In this document: piece by piece, positions 38,448 to 51,627 of the stretch
Layout of the letters: each line of letters opens with the position of its first letter
Numbering within the stretch: the first letter of the stretch is position 1
Source: Cetorhinus maximus
Taxonomy: Eukaryota
Reading direction: 5' to 3'
Assembly (NCBI RefSeq): GCF_964194155.1
Contig: NC_135893.1
Coordinates: 61,194,001-61,258,000 of the forward strand
DNA length: 64,000 nt
Position numbers and translations under genes: made by a program
Notes under the pieces: generated by a model
What the model saw: the letters and a program-made list of their open reading frames with translations, nothing else
What the model was told of the DNA's origin: nothing
Database searches by the model: none

Positions 38448-38909
38448 CTGAAATTCAGTGAATAGTGGTGTTTTTCAAATCCAAAACAGCAAATATAAAG
38501 CCAAGATAAAAAGTTGAGTGACTGTACCAGTACCAAGGTGCTTCACAGGAGCCTAATCAGACAAAAGTAGACACTGAACCACATAACAAGATATTAGGGT
38601 AGATGACTACAAGCTTGGTCAAAGATTTTAATGAGTACCCAATAGAAAAGAGAGTTTTTAGGCAGAATTTTAGGGAGGGAATTCTGGAACTTAGGGCCTA
38701 GGTAGCTGAAGGCATGCCTGCCAACGGTGGAGAGATGAAAATTGGTGAGATACAAGAGGCTAGAATTGGAGGAGTGTGGATGTCTGAGGGTTGTATGGCA
38801 GGGTAAGTTAGGAAGGAGGGGCAAGGCTATAGTGGGATTTGAACACATGCTTACTTCACCCTAAAGCATCTTTCAGTCAATGAATTATTTTTGAAGCATG
38901 CTTATTTAC

Positions 38910-39055
38910 CTTCCGATTCCACTGGTTCCCCTTGGTAACTATCTGTATGAAATATGTGAACATCCAGTAGTTCTCTCTCACCGACAAATTCAAACTTGAT
39001 CTCTCCGACTTTTTCCAAGCTGTCTACAGTCAGGCTGCTCTCCTCCCATAATTCT
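38910..39055 (-). CDS. NUDT1: NUDT1 middle exon ([49 protein letters not shown])
   Basis: Second half of the Nudix box plus FEFVGE..DVH.F and ES.EM. Canonical splice sites; phases consistent. Confidence 0.96.
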
Positions 39056-39359
39056 CTGAAGAAGGAATTATCTTTAATTTAAAAGAGGTTGCGAAAAAGC
39101 ATTTCTGATGGCTGAAGCATGGGAAACAGGAGCAGGCCATCAGCCTCTTGTATCTGTTCTGCTATTCAATTGGATCATGTATGATCAGTACAATACCTCA
39201 ATTCCATTGAACAGCATTGAGTTGCATTCACTGACATACAGATCAAAGAAAGGCCAACAGTTCCCTTGATGCCTCGTGGTGAAAGGTAGCATGATACTAA
39301 ACCAGACCAGAAGGTTCTGGATTCAAATTCGTGTCTGTGATGAACTAGCCAGAGTTTTG

Positions 39360-39880
39360 TGTCCAATACTGGGCATCGCAGTTTTGGAAGAATGTTTTCG
39401 AGAGGGTGCAGAAGAGATTTACTAGAATAGTACTAGGAATGAGTGACTTCAGTTATGTGGAGGGACTGGACAAACTAGGGCTGTTCTCCTTAGAGCAGAG
39501 AAGATTAAGACGACATATTTAATAGAGGTATTGAGAACTGTGAAGGGTTTTGAAAGAATGGATAGGGAGAAACTGTTTCCACTGACAGGACAGTAAGTGA
39601 CCAGAGGTCACAGTTTTAAGATAATTGGTAAAAACCAGAGTACATGAGAAGAATTTTTGTTTTAGGAAGTGAGGTACAAAGATCTGGAATGCATTGCCTG
39701 AAAGGGTGTCGGAGCAAGTTCAATAATAACCTTCTAAAAGAAATTGGATAAATACTTGCAAAGGAAAGGAAATGAAGAGTTATGGGGAAAGTGTAAAGGA
39801 AGTGGTACTAATTGGATAGTTTCTTCAAAGGGCCAGCACATGGGCCAAATGAAGCATGCAACACACTATTCTAGGCTTGA
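39360..39880 (+). mobile_element. CR1 LINE 3' fragment
   Basis: Reads like LERVQKRFTR..SYxE.L.KLGLFSLEQRRLR, the CR1 ORF2 C-terminus. Confidence 0.8.
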
Positions 39881-39979
39881 ACAGGGTGGCTGGAATTGTA
39901 CCCCAGTTAGACAAACCACCTTTCTCAGCAGTAAGAGGGAGAAAGAAAAATTGGTTAAAAAAAGCTCCACGAGTGTTAC

Positions 39980-40131
39980 CTCTTTGCTCCTTCCTCTATG
40001 GTTTCTCCGGGTTGCACTTTGCCTCCAAACCCATTCCAGCGGCCGGCCCCGAACCCTCGTTTCTTTAATCCCAGGAGGATCTTCTGCTGCCTCACGACCA
40101 TCACTAGGGTCAACAACTTCGTGGGGATCAT
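39980..40131 (-). CDS. NUDT1: NUDT1 first coding exon ([50 protein letters not shown])
   Basis: MTH1 signature [17 protein letters not shown]. Acceptor ttacag|AAAG-ATG, donor AG|gtaaca. Total CDS 489 nt (162 aa). Confidence 0.97.
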
Positions 40132-41029
40132 CTTTCTGTAACAGTATCTTCTCAATGGCTGGCAGCTCTCAATCAGGAAGAAATGGGTGTAAAATAGCAT
40201 TGATATACCATTCAATAACTTGCATTTATAGCATTGTAAATCCTCCCAAAATGCATCACAGCAATGTAATCATAAAAAAATTGACACCAAGCCCCATAAG
40301 GAGATATTAGGAGAGGTGACCAAAAGCTCGACTAAGGAGCCTGGCTTTAAGCAGCGCCTTAAAGGAGTGACGGGTAGACTGGGAGAGATTTAGGGAGGGA
40401 ATTACATCGCTTAGGGCCAAGCCAGCTGAAGGCACAGTCACCAGTGGTCGAGTTAAGGAGTTGGGACGAGCAACAGGCCAGAGTTCGAGTATTGCAGAGA
40501 TCTGAGAAGGAAGGACTCACGTTGGTCTACAGTGAATTCGGGAACTCTTTCGAGTTACCAACAGTCACAGATTGCAACTCTTTCGAGTACAATCACAGTT
40601 CTTGGTTTCCGGGAGTGGGACATGAACCCACAACCCTCTGATTCAAAGGCGAGGGTGCTATGAACTGAGCCACAGCTGACCTGAGAAGGTTGTAGGGCTG
40701 GTGGAGATTACAAAGATAGGGAGGGAGTGAGGCCTTGGTGCAATCACCAACTCTGGTAGTGCGATTGCACAGCCTGATGAGACTCTTCAAAAATAACTCC
40801 CGCTCCTGAGAAGACAATGAGATGTGCGAAGAGGGTAATGGGAGTATAAAATAAACAATTTGCATTAACATAGCGCCTCTTACGACTTCAGGCCATCTCA
40901 AAGAGCTTTCCAGTCAGACAAGTACTTTTTTGAAGTGCAGTCACTGTTATAATGTAATCTTATCGCTGTAAATGCCGTTCACTAATTCAGGAGCACTGGG
41001 CAATAGTTAGAAGCCTGGATGTTTGGGGA

Positions 41030-41550
41030 TTAGTTGAGAGCCCGGGACAGGTACCTTGGTTGGTTGATTGACAGCTCGCCTCCCGCCAGCTGCAATGGGT
41101 CAGAGAGATCGAGAGCCCCTCGAGCGCCAACAATGAGGATCGAATGGGAGCTCGTGGAATGGGGAGTTACACTCTATACACACCGGATGGAAACAACAAG
41201 TGAGACAGATGGAGGCCATTTTTGCGCAGGATTTTGTTTCTGTATCGCCAATACTTTAAAACAGAGTGAATGCATTTTAAATTTGATTTTTTTTTTACTG
41301 AAAATATCTGTGCGGCCGGTTCAGGGGAGATTCTTTACAAAGTTCACCTTGGCTGGTAAATTTGTAGAGTTTTGTTTCCTGGGGGACAGTTAGTTGTGAC
41401 TCATGGAGCCTGGGCTCGGGGCGAGCGATTCCAGCTGGATTCGGCGGGGTTTTCATGTTCTTTGAGAACACTTTTGCGCTGCGCTGCCTGGTCAAGGTCC
41501 GGTTTGTGATCTTCATTTATTTAAAGCGCTTTATCTCCCTGTCGAACACG
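41030..41550. promoter_or_regulatory. Bidirectional CpG-island promoter of NUDT1 (-) and MRM2 (+); candidate NUDT1 non-coding exon 1 donor at 41055 (CAAG|gtacct)
   Basis: CpG-enriched patch between head-to-head genes, the same arrangement as in mammals. Confidence 0.65.
41455..41501 (+). CDS. MRM2: MRM2 candidate exon 1 (MFFENTFALRCLVKVR)
   Basis: ATG in the CpG island, donor CG|gtttgt. Phase 2 fits exon 2 and gives a presequence-like N-terminus. The donor is weak. Confidence 0.4.
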
Positions 41551-42334
41551 TAATCAATAAACTGGCATTCGCTGCCCTTTCATTTCTCTGAAGTGTCATA
41601 ACAATTCGTATTTATGTAGCGCCTTTACGGCCCAAGGCGCTTCATGGAGGTATTATCAAACAAAATTTGATACCGGGCCACATAAGATATTAGTTCAGAA
41701 TACGAAAAACTTGACCAAAGAGGTAGGTTTTAGGAGGACATTAAAGGGAGAGATGGTGGGGTGGGAGCCAATCTGCTGAAGGCATGACTGTCAGTGCCTG
41801 AGAGAGTAAAATCGAGAATGTGCAAGAGACCAGAATTAGAGAAATGCAGAGATTGTGGGGGATTGTAGGACTAGAAGAGGTGACATAAATACAGTGCTTT
41901 CCATTCAGCCAATCACTATCTAAATCCACTCCCTGTTGCTATGTGGTGAACCTGCAAATTCGACCACCACTGCCCTATTCCATCCCCACTGCTACTGAGA
42001 CTCTCGGCTATGCTTCACTACTTCTGCAATCTGCTCCCTGGTCTCCCACGTTCTGTACCCAACAAACTATAACTCATCTAAACCACTATCACCTGCACCC
42101 TATCCTTCACTGAGTTCTGCGCCCTGATTACCTTTGTCCTTATTGGTGCCATGTTAAAGGTGTATATAAATGCAAGTTGTTGTTGCCCACAACATCCACT
42201 CTACATTTCACTTGACCTATTGCTGAGTGGAATCTGTCAGGGGGAGTCAGAGGGAGAGATGATAGAATTAGGGAGAGAAATGGAAGAAGTGTGATCCCTG
42301 AAGTGAAAAAACAAAACATACTTGAAAATAGTAA

Positions 42335-42649
<315 letters not shown>

Positions 42650-43306
42650 TGACATACAACTCAAGGTGGACAAATGGTAATATGATAATGACCAGAAAAT
42701 CTGTTTTTAAAGATGTTGGTTGACAAATAAATATTGGCCAAGACATCAGGAAGAGCTCCCCTGCTCTTCATTGAATAGTGCCATAGGATCTTTTACATCC
42801 ATCTGAGAAGACAGGAGGGTTCCTGGTGTTTTTGCCTCAGTTGAAAGATAGCACCCCCAACAATGCAGTGAAAGGATAGGGAGAATATATAAATGAATGA
42901 ATGGTCCTACAAATCATTAGTTTGCAATTCCCTTGAGAATAATCGTTCTTTGTCATTCAGAAGCATCAGCTTTACCTGAGTGTTTTTCTAAAAAGTAATC
43001 CCGGATGACTCATTCCTGCTTGCAGGTGATTTTAAGTGTGCACTGGAGTGTCAGGCTAGATATTGTGCTTCAGTCTCTTGGGTGTGATTGGAACCCCCAA
43101 TATTTTTACCCAGATGAGAGTGCTACCCACTGAACAACGATAGACACCTCTGACCATGTGCCACTTGAGAATGCCACTTGGGTAAGGTGCCAACCTGCAG
43201 ATTTTTCACTTCATATCTTTCCTCTTGGAGAAGGAAACAGGTAAAATTAAAGGAACTAATCACTACAAATGTGCCTGGGGATGTGTCCCCTCTTGACTAA
43301 GGTTAG

Positions 43307-43873
<567 letters not shown>

Positions 43874-45424
43874 CATTACGGAGCTACTGTTTATGCTCAA
43901 GGAAATTTCCATTGCAATCTAACAATTTTTGGGACTGTTCGTTCATTTGTATTTTCTCCCCATCCCTCCACCAGCATTTCTCCCTCATGCCCAGGATGAT
44001 AGTCCACCACCTAGTCAGAGAAAAAAAATGCATTTCTATCCTGCCTTTTATGACCGCTAAACTTCTCAAAAATGTTTTATAGCAATGAAGTACTTTTGAA
44101 GTGTAATCATGTTGTAATGTAGGAAACATAGCAGCCAGCTTGCATGTAGCAAATTCCTACAAACAGCAATGTGATAATGACCAGATAATCTGCTTTTGTG
44201 ATGTTGATTGAGGGATAAATATTGGCCAGGATACTGGGGAGAAGCTCTTTAAAGTATTGCCATGGGATGTTTTATGTTCACCTGAGAAGGCCTTGGTTAA
44301 ATGCTTCATCCAAAAGATGACAGTGCAATGCTGACTCAGTACTGCATGGAGTTTGAGCTGGGATTTTGTGCTCATGTCTCCGGAATGGGACTTGAACCCA
44401 CAATCTTCTGACTGAGAATTGCAAGTACTATGCACGGTGCGACAGCTGACAATTAAAATCACTGCTGCCCTGTACTTCATTACAAGGAGAAGCGCAGGAA
44501 CTCTGGGTACATGTCCCTCTGTTTCACAAGAATAAGAATACTCCCCCAGTGTATAGTCAACCAACTGACTAAAAATGAATTCCATTTAAATAGTGTTTCT
44601 CATGACCTCAGGACATACAAAGTGCTTTCGAGCCAATGAAATATTTTTGAGTTGTAGTCACTGTTGTTATGGCCAGAATGGGAGAAGTGCGTAGTCGATC
44701 TAGCCCCACTACTCCACAAGATCACTTACCAAAATGGCCAATCATTTACATTCGCTACCGTTGCCCAGAATAAAATAAACTTTAACCAGGCTTCTTTAAA
44801 TAAACAACAAACTTATTAGTTTATTATAAAACTAGTCTTGTTGAAAGCTTATTAATATACAGTATGGAATATGAAAGTATACTAATTACTCTTTCAAGAT
44901 ACCCTAAGTCTCTCACACACAGACTCTCATAATAAAAAAAATAATAAAATAAAAATAGAGAAACTCTGCCAAAGGTTAAAAGTCAATGGTTCAAGGGAAA
45001 AGGAAAGATGGTGGAGTCCTTGAAATGGCGTCTGGGTTATGCAAAACAATTGATGACCCTTGCATTTCTTTTCAGGTGGACTCCAGGAACAATAGCAGGT
45101 ATACTATTCCAGCACCAAGCAACTTAGGAGCAGCTTATATTCACTTCCTGCTTGGACTGGCTCTGGGCAAAAAAGCTGCTGTTTTCCTTTCACAAGCAGT
45201 TGGTCCTTTCTCTTCTCAAAACAAAACCAAAATCAACTTTTAAACACAGTTTTTCCAGGCATGTTTTCTTTCAGAGCCATAAACAATCACGTGATCCCTT
45301 TTGTAAACTGTCCATCAAGGTCAAAAGGTTTCCAGCTTCTTTAAAACTGCTTAATTACCTTTTCTATAAAAGAATATTTTTTTACCAGGAAGAGCAATCA
45401 GAGTGCTGCATTAACCCTTTAAGG

Positions 45425-48400
45425 TAGGGGTGGGAAACCTACGGCCCATGGGCCAGATCTGGCCCATTGCTCAATTTCATCTGGCCCACAGCAAGATTTC
45501 TAAAAATTAAAATTAGCTCAAGTTTTGTGTAGCCTGAATACATAAATCTATTGATCTTTCTATTTCCTAATTTACTTTTTTTTTGTTGTCTCAGATGATT
45601 TTTATTCACTTCACAGAATGTTGGTTTTGCCATCTAAGCCAGCATTTATTGCCCAATCTTAATTGTCCTTGAGAAGTTGGTGGTGAGCTGCCTTCTTGAA
45701 CCGCTGCAGTCCCTGCGGTCTAGGTACACTCACAGTGCTGTTAGGGAGGGTGTTCTAGGGTTTTGACACAGCGACAGTGAAGGAACGGCGATATATTTCC
45801 AAGTCAGGATGGTGAGTGGCTTGGAGGGAAACTTCCAGGTGGTGGTGTTCCCATGTATCTGCTGCCCTTGTCCTTCTAGATGGCAGCTGTCGTGGGTTTG
45901 GAAGGTGCTGCCTAAGGAGCCTTGGTGAATTTCTGCAGTGCATCTTGTAGATGGTACACACTGCTGCCACTGTTCGTCGGTGGTGGAGGGAGTGAATATT
46001 TGTGGAATCAAGTGGGCTGCTTTGTCCTGAATGGTGTAAAGTTTCTTGAATGTTGGAGTTGGACTCACCCAGGCAAGTGGAGAGTATGCCATCACACTCC
46101 TGACTTGTGCCTTGTAGATGGTGGACAGTCTTTGGGGAGTCAGGAAGTGAGTTACTCGCTGCACAATTCCTAGCCTCTGACTTGCTGTTGTAGCCAAAGT
46201 ATTTATGTGGCTAGTTCAGTTCAGTTTTTGGTCAATGGTAACCCCCATGCTGTTGATAATGGGGGATTCAGCAATGGTAATGCCATTGAACATCAAGGGG
46301 CTATTGTTAGATTCTCTCTTGTTGGAGATGGTCATTGCCTGACACTTATGTGGCCAGAATGTTACTTGCCACTTGCCAGCCCAAGCCTGGATATTGTCCA
46401 GGTCTTGCTGCATTTAGACATGGACTGCTTCAGTATCTGATGAGTTGTGAATGGTGCTGAACAGAGTGAAATCATCAGCAAACATTGCCACTTCTGACCT
46501 TATGATGGAAGGAAGGTGATTGATGAAGCAGCTGAAGATGGTTCGGCCAAGGACACTACCCTGAGGAACTCCTGCAGTGATGCCCTGGAACGGAGATGAT
46601 TGACCTCCAACAAATACAACTATCTACCTTTGTGCAAGGAATGACTCCAACCATTGGAAAGATTTCCCCCTGATTCCCATTGACTCCAGTTTTGCTGGGG
46701 CTCCTTGATGCCACACTTGGTCAAATGCTGCCTTGATGTCAAGGGCAGTCACTCTCACCTCACCTCTGGAGTTCAGCTCTGTTTGAACCAGGACTGTAAT
46801 GAGGTCAGAAACTGAGTGACTGTAGCAGAACCCCAACTGAGTGCCAGTGAGCAAGTTATTGCTAAGCAAGTGCCAATTGATAGCATTGTTGATGATCCCC
46901 TTCCATCACTTTACTGATGATGGAGAGTAGACTGATGGAGCAGTAATTGGCCCAGTTGAATTTGTCCTGCTTTTTGTGTACAGTACATAACTGGGCAATT
47001 TTCCAGATTTCTGGCTAGATGCCAGTGTTGCAACTGGAACAGCTGGCTAGGGGCGCGGCAAGTTCTTCAGTACTATTGCCGGAATATTGACAGGGCCCTA
47101 ACCTTTGCGGTATCCAGTGCCTTCAGTCTTTTGTTGATATCACATGGAGTGAATCGAATAGGCTAAAGACTGGCATCTGTGATGCTGGGGACCTACGGAG
47201 CAGGCAGAGATGGAGCATCCACTCAGCATTTCTGGCTGAAGATTGTCGCGAATGCTTCAGCCTTATCTTTTGCACTGATGTTCTGGGCTCCTCCATCATT
47301 TGAGGATGGGGATATTTGTGGAGCCTCCTCCTCCAGTGAGTTGTTTAACTGTCCACCGCCATTCACGACTGGATGTGGCAGGACTGCAGAGCTTAGATCT
47401 GATCCATTGGTTATGGAATCGCTTAACTCTGTCTATCACTTGCTGCTTATGCTGTTTAGCATGCAAGTAGTCCTGTGTTGTAGCTTCACCTGGTTGATAC
47501 CTCATTTTTAGGTATGCCTGGTGCTGCTCCTGGCGTGCCCTCCTGCACTGTTCATTGAACCAGGGCTGATCCCCTGGCTTGGTGGTAATGGTGGAGTGGG
47601 GGATACATGAGGTTGCAGATTATGGTTGAGTACAGTTCTGCTGCTCCTGATGGCCCACAGCGCCTCATGGATGCCAAGTCTTGAGTTGCTAGGTCTGTTC
47701 GAAATCTATCTCCTTTACCATGGTGGTAGTGTCATGCAACACGATGGAGGGTATCATCAGTGTGAAGATGGGAATTCGTCTCCACAAAGATTGTGTGGTG
47801 GTTGCTCCCACTAATACTGACATGGACACATGCATATGCGGCAGGCAGGTTGGTGAGGATGAGATCAAGTATGTTTTTTTCCTCTTGTTGGTTCCCTCAC
47901 CACCTACTACAGACCCAGTCTAGAAGCTATGTCCAACTTGGTCTGTGGTAGTGTTACCAAGCCATTCTTGGTGATGGACATTGAAGTCCCCCAGCCAGAG
48001 TATATTCTGCGCCCTTGCCACCCTCAGTGCTTCTTCCAAGTGTTTTTCAATATAGAGCAGTACTGATTCATCAGCTGAGGGGGTGCAGTACGTGGTAATC
48101 AGCAGGAGATTTCCTTGCACATGTTTGACCTGATGCCATGAGATTTCATGGGATCCGGAGTTGATGTTGAGGACTCCCAGGGCAACTCGCTCCTGACTGT
48201 ATACCACTCTGCTGGGTCTGTCCTGTCTGTTGAACAGGACATATCCAGGGATGGTGATGATGATGTCTGGGACATGCTCTGTAAGGTGTGTTTCCGTGAG
48301 GCTGTTGCTTGACTTGTCTGTGATACAGCCCTTCCAATTTTGGGGCATGCTCCCAGATGTCAGTGAGGAGGACTTTGCAGGGTTGACAGAACAGGGTTTG

Positions 48401-49017
48401 CTGTTGTCAGTTCCGGTGCCTAGGTCGATGCCGGGTGGTCCGATCGGCCTCATTCCTTTTTATTGACTTTTTAGCAGTTTTGATACATTTCAGTGGGCAT
48501 TTAAGAGTCAACCATATTAATGCGGAACTGGTGTCACGTGTAATCCAGACCAGGTGAGGATGGCAGATTTCCTTCCCTAAGGGACATTAATGAACCAGAT
48601 GGATTTTTAATGACAATGGTTTCGTGGTCATGATTAGAATTTTAATTTCAGATATTTATTGAATTCAAATTCCACCATCTGCCGTGATGGGATTCGAATC
48701 CACTGCCTCATCATGACAGCATGGCTGCTCATTTGTCTTTGTAACTGACGTGATGGCATGTGAAAACAATTAAGTCCCAGGTGAACGTTAGACTTTTGGG
48801 TTGGGAAACTTAATGACACCAGGAATGCCGGGAAACATTATCTTTGACTGCTTGCTGTTCTGTGGGAAGAGCTCATATCAGCAGATTACAAGTTGACGAT
48901 GCAGTTTTATGCACTAATGCTCCATCCACATTGTTGCTTTGTGTGTGTGTGTGTGGCCTGTGGCTGATTTTGTCTATGTGTAATGGCCCATGATAAGAAA
49001 AAGGTTCCCCACCCCTG
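45425..49017. mobile_element. hAT/Charlie-type MITE, interrupted by a LINE
   Basis: TIRs taggggtgggaaacct / aggttccccacccctg; 8-bp TSD ctttaagg / ctttaaag; subterminal ggccc motifs. Confidence 0.8.
45633..48705 (-). mobile_element. Near full-length degenerate APE-RT LINE (same family as 9300 and 24665) with tRNA/SINE-like 5' head
   Basis: APE motifs LTETHL, GDFNVHH and RT motifs. The 5' end reads (reverse complement) GGATTCGAATCCC, a B-box. Confidence 0.85.
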
Positions 49018-49110
49018 CTTTAAAGGACAGTGTCTTTTAAAACACAAATTCTTCCAGAATGTTCTTAGTCCTTAAAGATGAACCATTTTCTGTGATTAAA
49101 GTGTTCATGG

Positions 49111-50561
49111 TGTTATGATCCCAGTTGAGATTACCCCGGACAAGCCTGATCCCAGAGAGGAACCCAGCTTGATAGATCCTAACTTTTAATTTTGTTTGTT
49201 TAGATACGTGGAGAGTGGCTACTGAACAGAGTCACTGGAGTCAGCTAATGAACTTTTAACAAAATAATAAAACATTAAACAAAATATGAACTATATTACA
49301 ATACTCCTTCACCCACAACTATTTCTTTACAGATATGTACAGATTTGTAAAGATAACACAAGTTACAAAAACTATTTTATACTTCAATGTTCACAGTAAG
49401 TACACAGTCCAAGTAAACCAATTGGAAACCTGTGGTCAGACACACCACACTCTGAAACCAAGTGACAGATGCCACCCGAGACAGATGCTATGGATCTCTC
49501 TCCTCAACTCCCCCCTCCAGACGCTTGTCACACCGTGAGCCAACCAGTCTCGCCTAACTCCATCTTTCACATGAGCGTTTCCACTCTCCACTCTACAAGA
49601 CCTCGCCTTGGATTCTTCTCCCAGATCAAACCTTTCTCTCAGACGCCTTCCGCAAGGGTTCACCTCCAGGGTTTGAAACTCTCCTTCTGATATTCCTCTT
49701 CCCTGGGTCACCACATGCATTCAAGCTTTCTTCCACGCACTCTCTCTCACCGACTTAGCTGTCAACAGTACACCACTACTTCACATGCCCATAGCAAAGA
49801 GTTACAGAACTTCAGTTGTCTCTTTGGACCTTCTGGCCTCTTGCAAGATATTCTTGCTTTAAATCTGCTTTCTGTAGCTTTTGTCTCTTTAAATATGAAG
49901 CTTGGAGCCTTTCTCTCTGCCCCTCTCTCTTAACTTCACGTAACAGGACCTTTTCCAGGTTCCTGTCCTTCATTTGACTAGAAAGTCTGCTTGGGACTTT
50001 CTCCTGTTCCATTCTCTTGGATTTTGGGGTCTTCAGCGTCTGTCTCGGGTGGCGTCTGTCACTTGGTTTCAGAGTGTGGTGTGTCTGACCACAGGTTGTC
50101 AATTGGTTAACATGGGACTGTGTACTTACTGTGAACATTGAAGTATAAGATAGTTTTTGTAACTTGTGTTATCCTTACAACTGAGACTGGATATCTGACC
50201 CCTTTGCCCCAGTCTCTCCTGCAGCTACTTTCAAAACCAACTGAACTCAAACAGCTTCCAAATCAAACTGCTGTTTCTAGTTTCTTCTATGTTTCTCTGT
50301 GAGAGGGACTTGCCCCTCTGAACCCCTGTTGTTACGTAACAGCCCAGTTTCTCTACTCTTGTTTGCTTTACTTAGCTTAGAGTCATAAAACGCTCATTGG
50401 AAACACAGGCACCTTTTAAAGTGAAACTAAAACTCAACTTGACCTTTCCTTAACACACACATGCAGAAATACAAATCAAACTTAAACTTTAAAGCTAAAA
50501 CTCATTCCTAACACCCACAAATACAAATATAGCTTAATTAAACTATCTCTATTTCCTAACA
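49111..50561. mobile_element. Solo LTR (LTR B, Gypsy-like) with internal inverted repeat
   Basis: TGTTA...TAACA termini and 4-bp TSD ATGG (49107-49110 / 50562-50565). Confidence 0.75.
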
Positions 50562-51588
50562 ATGGCACTTATACTATCAGAAACGCAGCAGCTAATTTGC
50601 GCACAGCAAGCCCCACAAACTACAATGGAATAAATTGTTGTTGATGAAATAAATGACTAGATGATGTGTTTTTCAGTGGTGTTGGTTGAAGGATAAATAT
50701 TGGCTAAGAAACCAAGGAGAACTCCTCTGTTCTTCTTTGAAAATTGGTCATATGCTCTGACATTTTATAGTGAGTTTCACTGCTTGATATTTGCTGCTCA
50801 CTAAGCAAAGGCTCAAGCCCATACAAGGTGGTTGTCTAATGATCAGGTAGCTTTTAGGTGGCATTCTTGGCTCAATGATAGTGCACACCAAAGCCTATTA
50901 TTTGAATATTGTTTAAAGTCCCGTGACGTACATAGAAAGTCCTGGGCGCAATTTGAATCCTCTGCTGACCTCAGTCAGAATGGCAGTAAGTGGTGGTACA
51001 GTTCACCTCTGTGCCCCTGGACCAGGGTGGGGAAAAATCAGATGCATTCACCACTTAGTGACTTCTCCGGGAAATTGCTTGCAACGAGTCAAGACAGGAT
51101 CCAGCTCAGCTATGATGACTTTGGTAGTTGAATAGCTTTGCAACACTCTCAGCCTGGGTGCATTAGCACTGGAAAACTCTCACAGAATAGTGCACAAAAT
51201 GTGTAAAATGCATTGAGACATCTTCCTGCCGTTAAGTGTTACAGATTTATGAGTCACTGGCATGCTAGGTGTCAGCATAGCTCAGTCGGTAGCACTCTTA
51301 CCTCTGCACAGGAAGGTTGTGGATTCATAATCCCACTCCAGAAACCTGAGCACTAAATGTTAGCTGACACTCCCAGCGCAATACTGTTGGAGGTTTGGAT
51401 GGGACATTAAAGTGATGCCCCCATCTGTCCTCCCAGGAGGATGCAAAACATCCCCTGGCACTTTTCAAAAAAGAAAAGTTAAGAGTTTGACAAAGGAGAG
51501 ATTGACAATCTCCTTTTCCCCCATCCAGCATCACCTGCTCCTCCCCACCTTAAACAGTATAAATTTCAGCACATTTCTGCTTTGTTTT

Positions 51589-51627
51589 AGCTCTGAAGAA
51601 GGGTCATAAGGACTCGAAACGTTAACT
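51589..51627 (+). ncRNA. Minimal hammerhead ribozyme (canonical CUGAAGA core) in old PLE 5' pseudo-LTR
   Basis: AGCT-CTGAAGA-A-GGGTC-ATAAG-GACTC-GAAA-CG-TT-AACT. Confidence 0.7.

Larger units (their letters stand above)
44665..50567. mobile_element. Older solo-LTR-like element (LTR A), split by later insertions
   Basis: Starts TGTTATG inside a SINE tail that resumes after about 50568. Probable degenerate end 'catggca'. Confidence 0.45.

Noticed and set aside
39976-40215. N-terminal extension of NUDT1 (MNGISMLF..)
   Set aside because: It reads through the splice acceptor at 40136 into intron and L2 tail sequence.
51271-51345. tRNA-like sequences (also at about 2405, 14760, 40620, 44390)
   Set aside because: SINE heads with degenerate A/B boxes; no complete cloverleaf.
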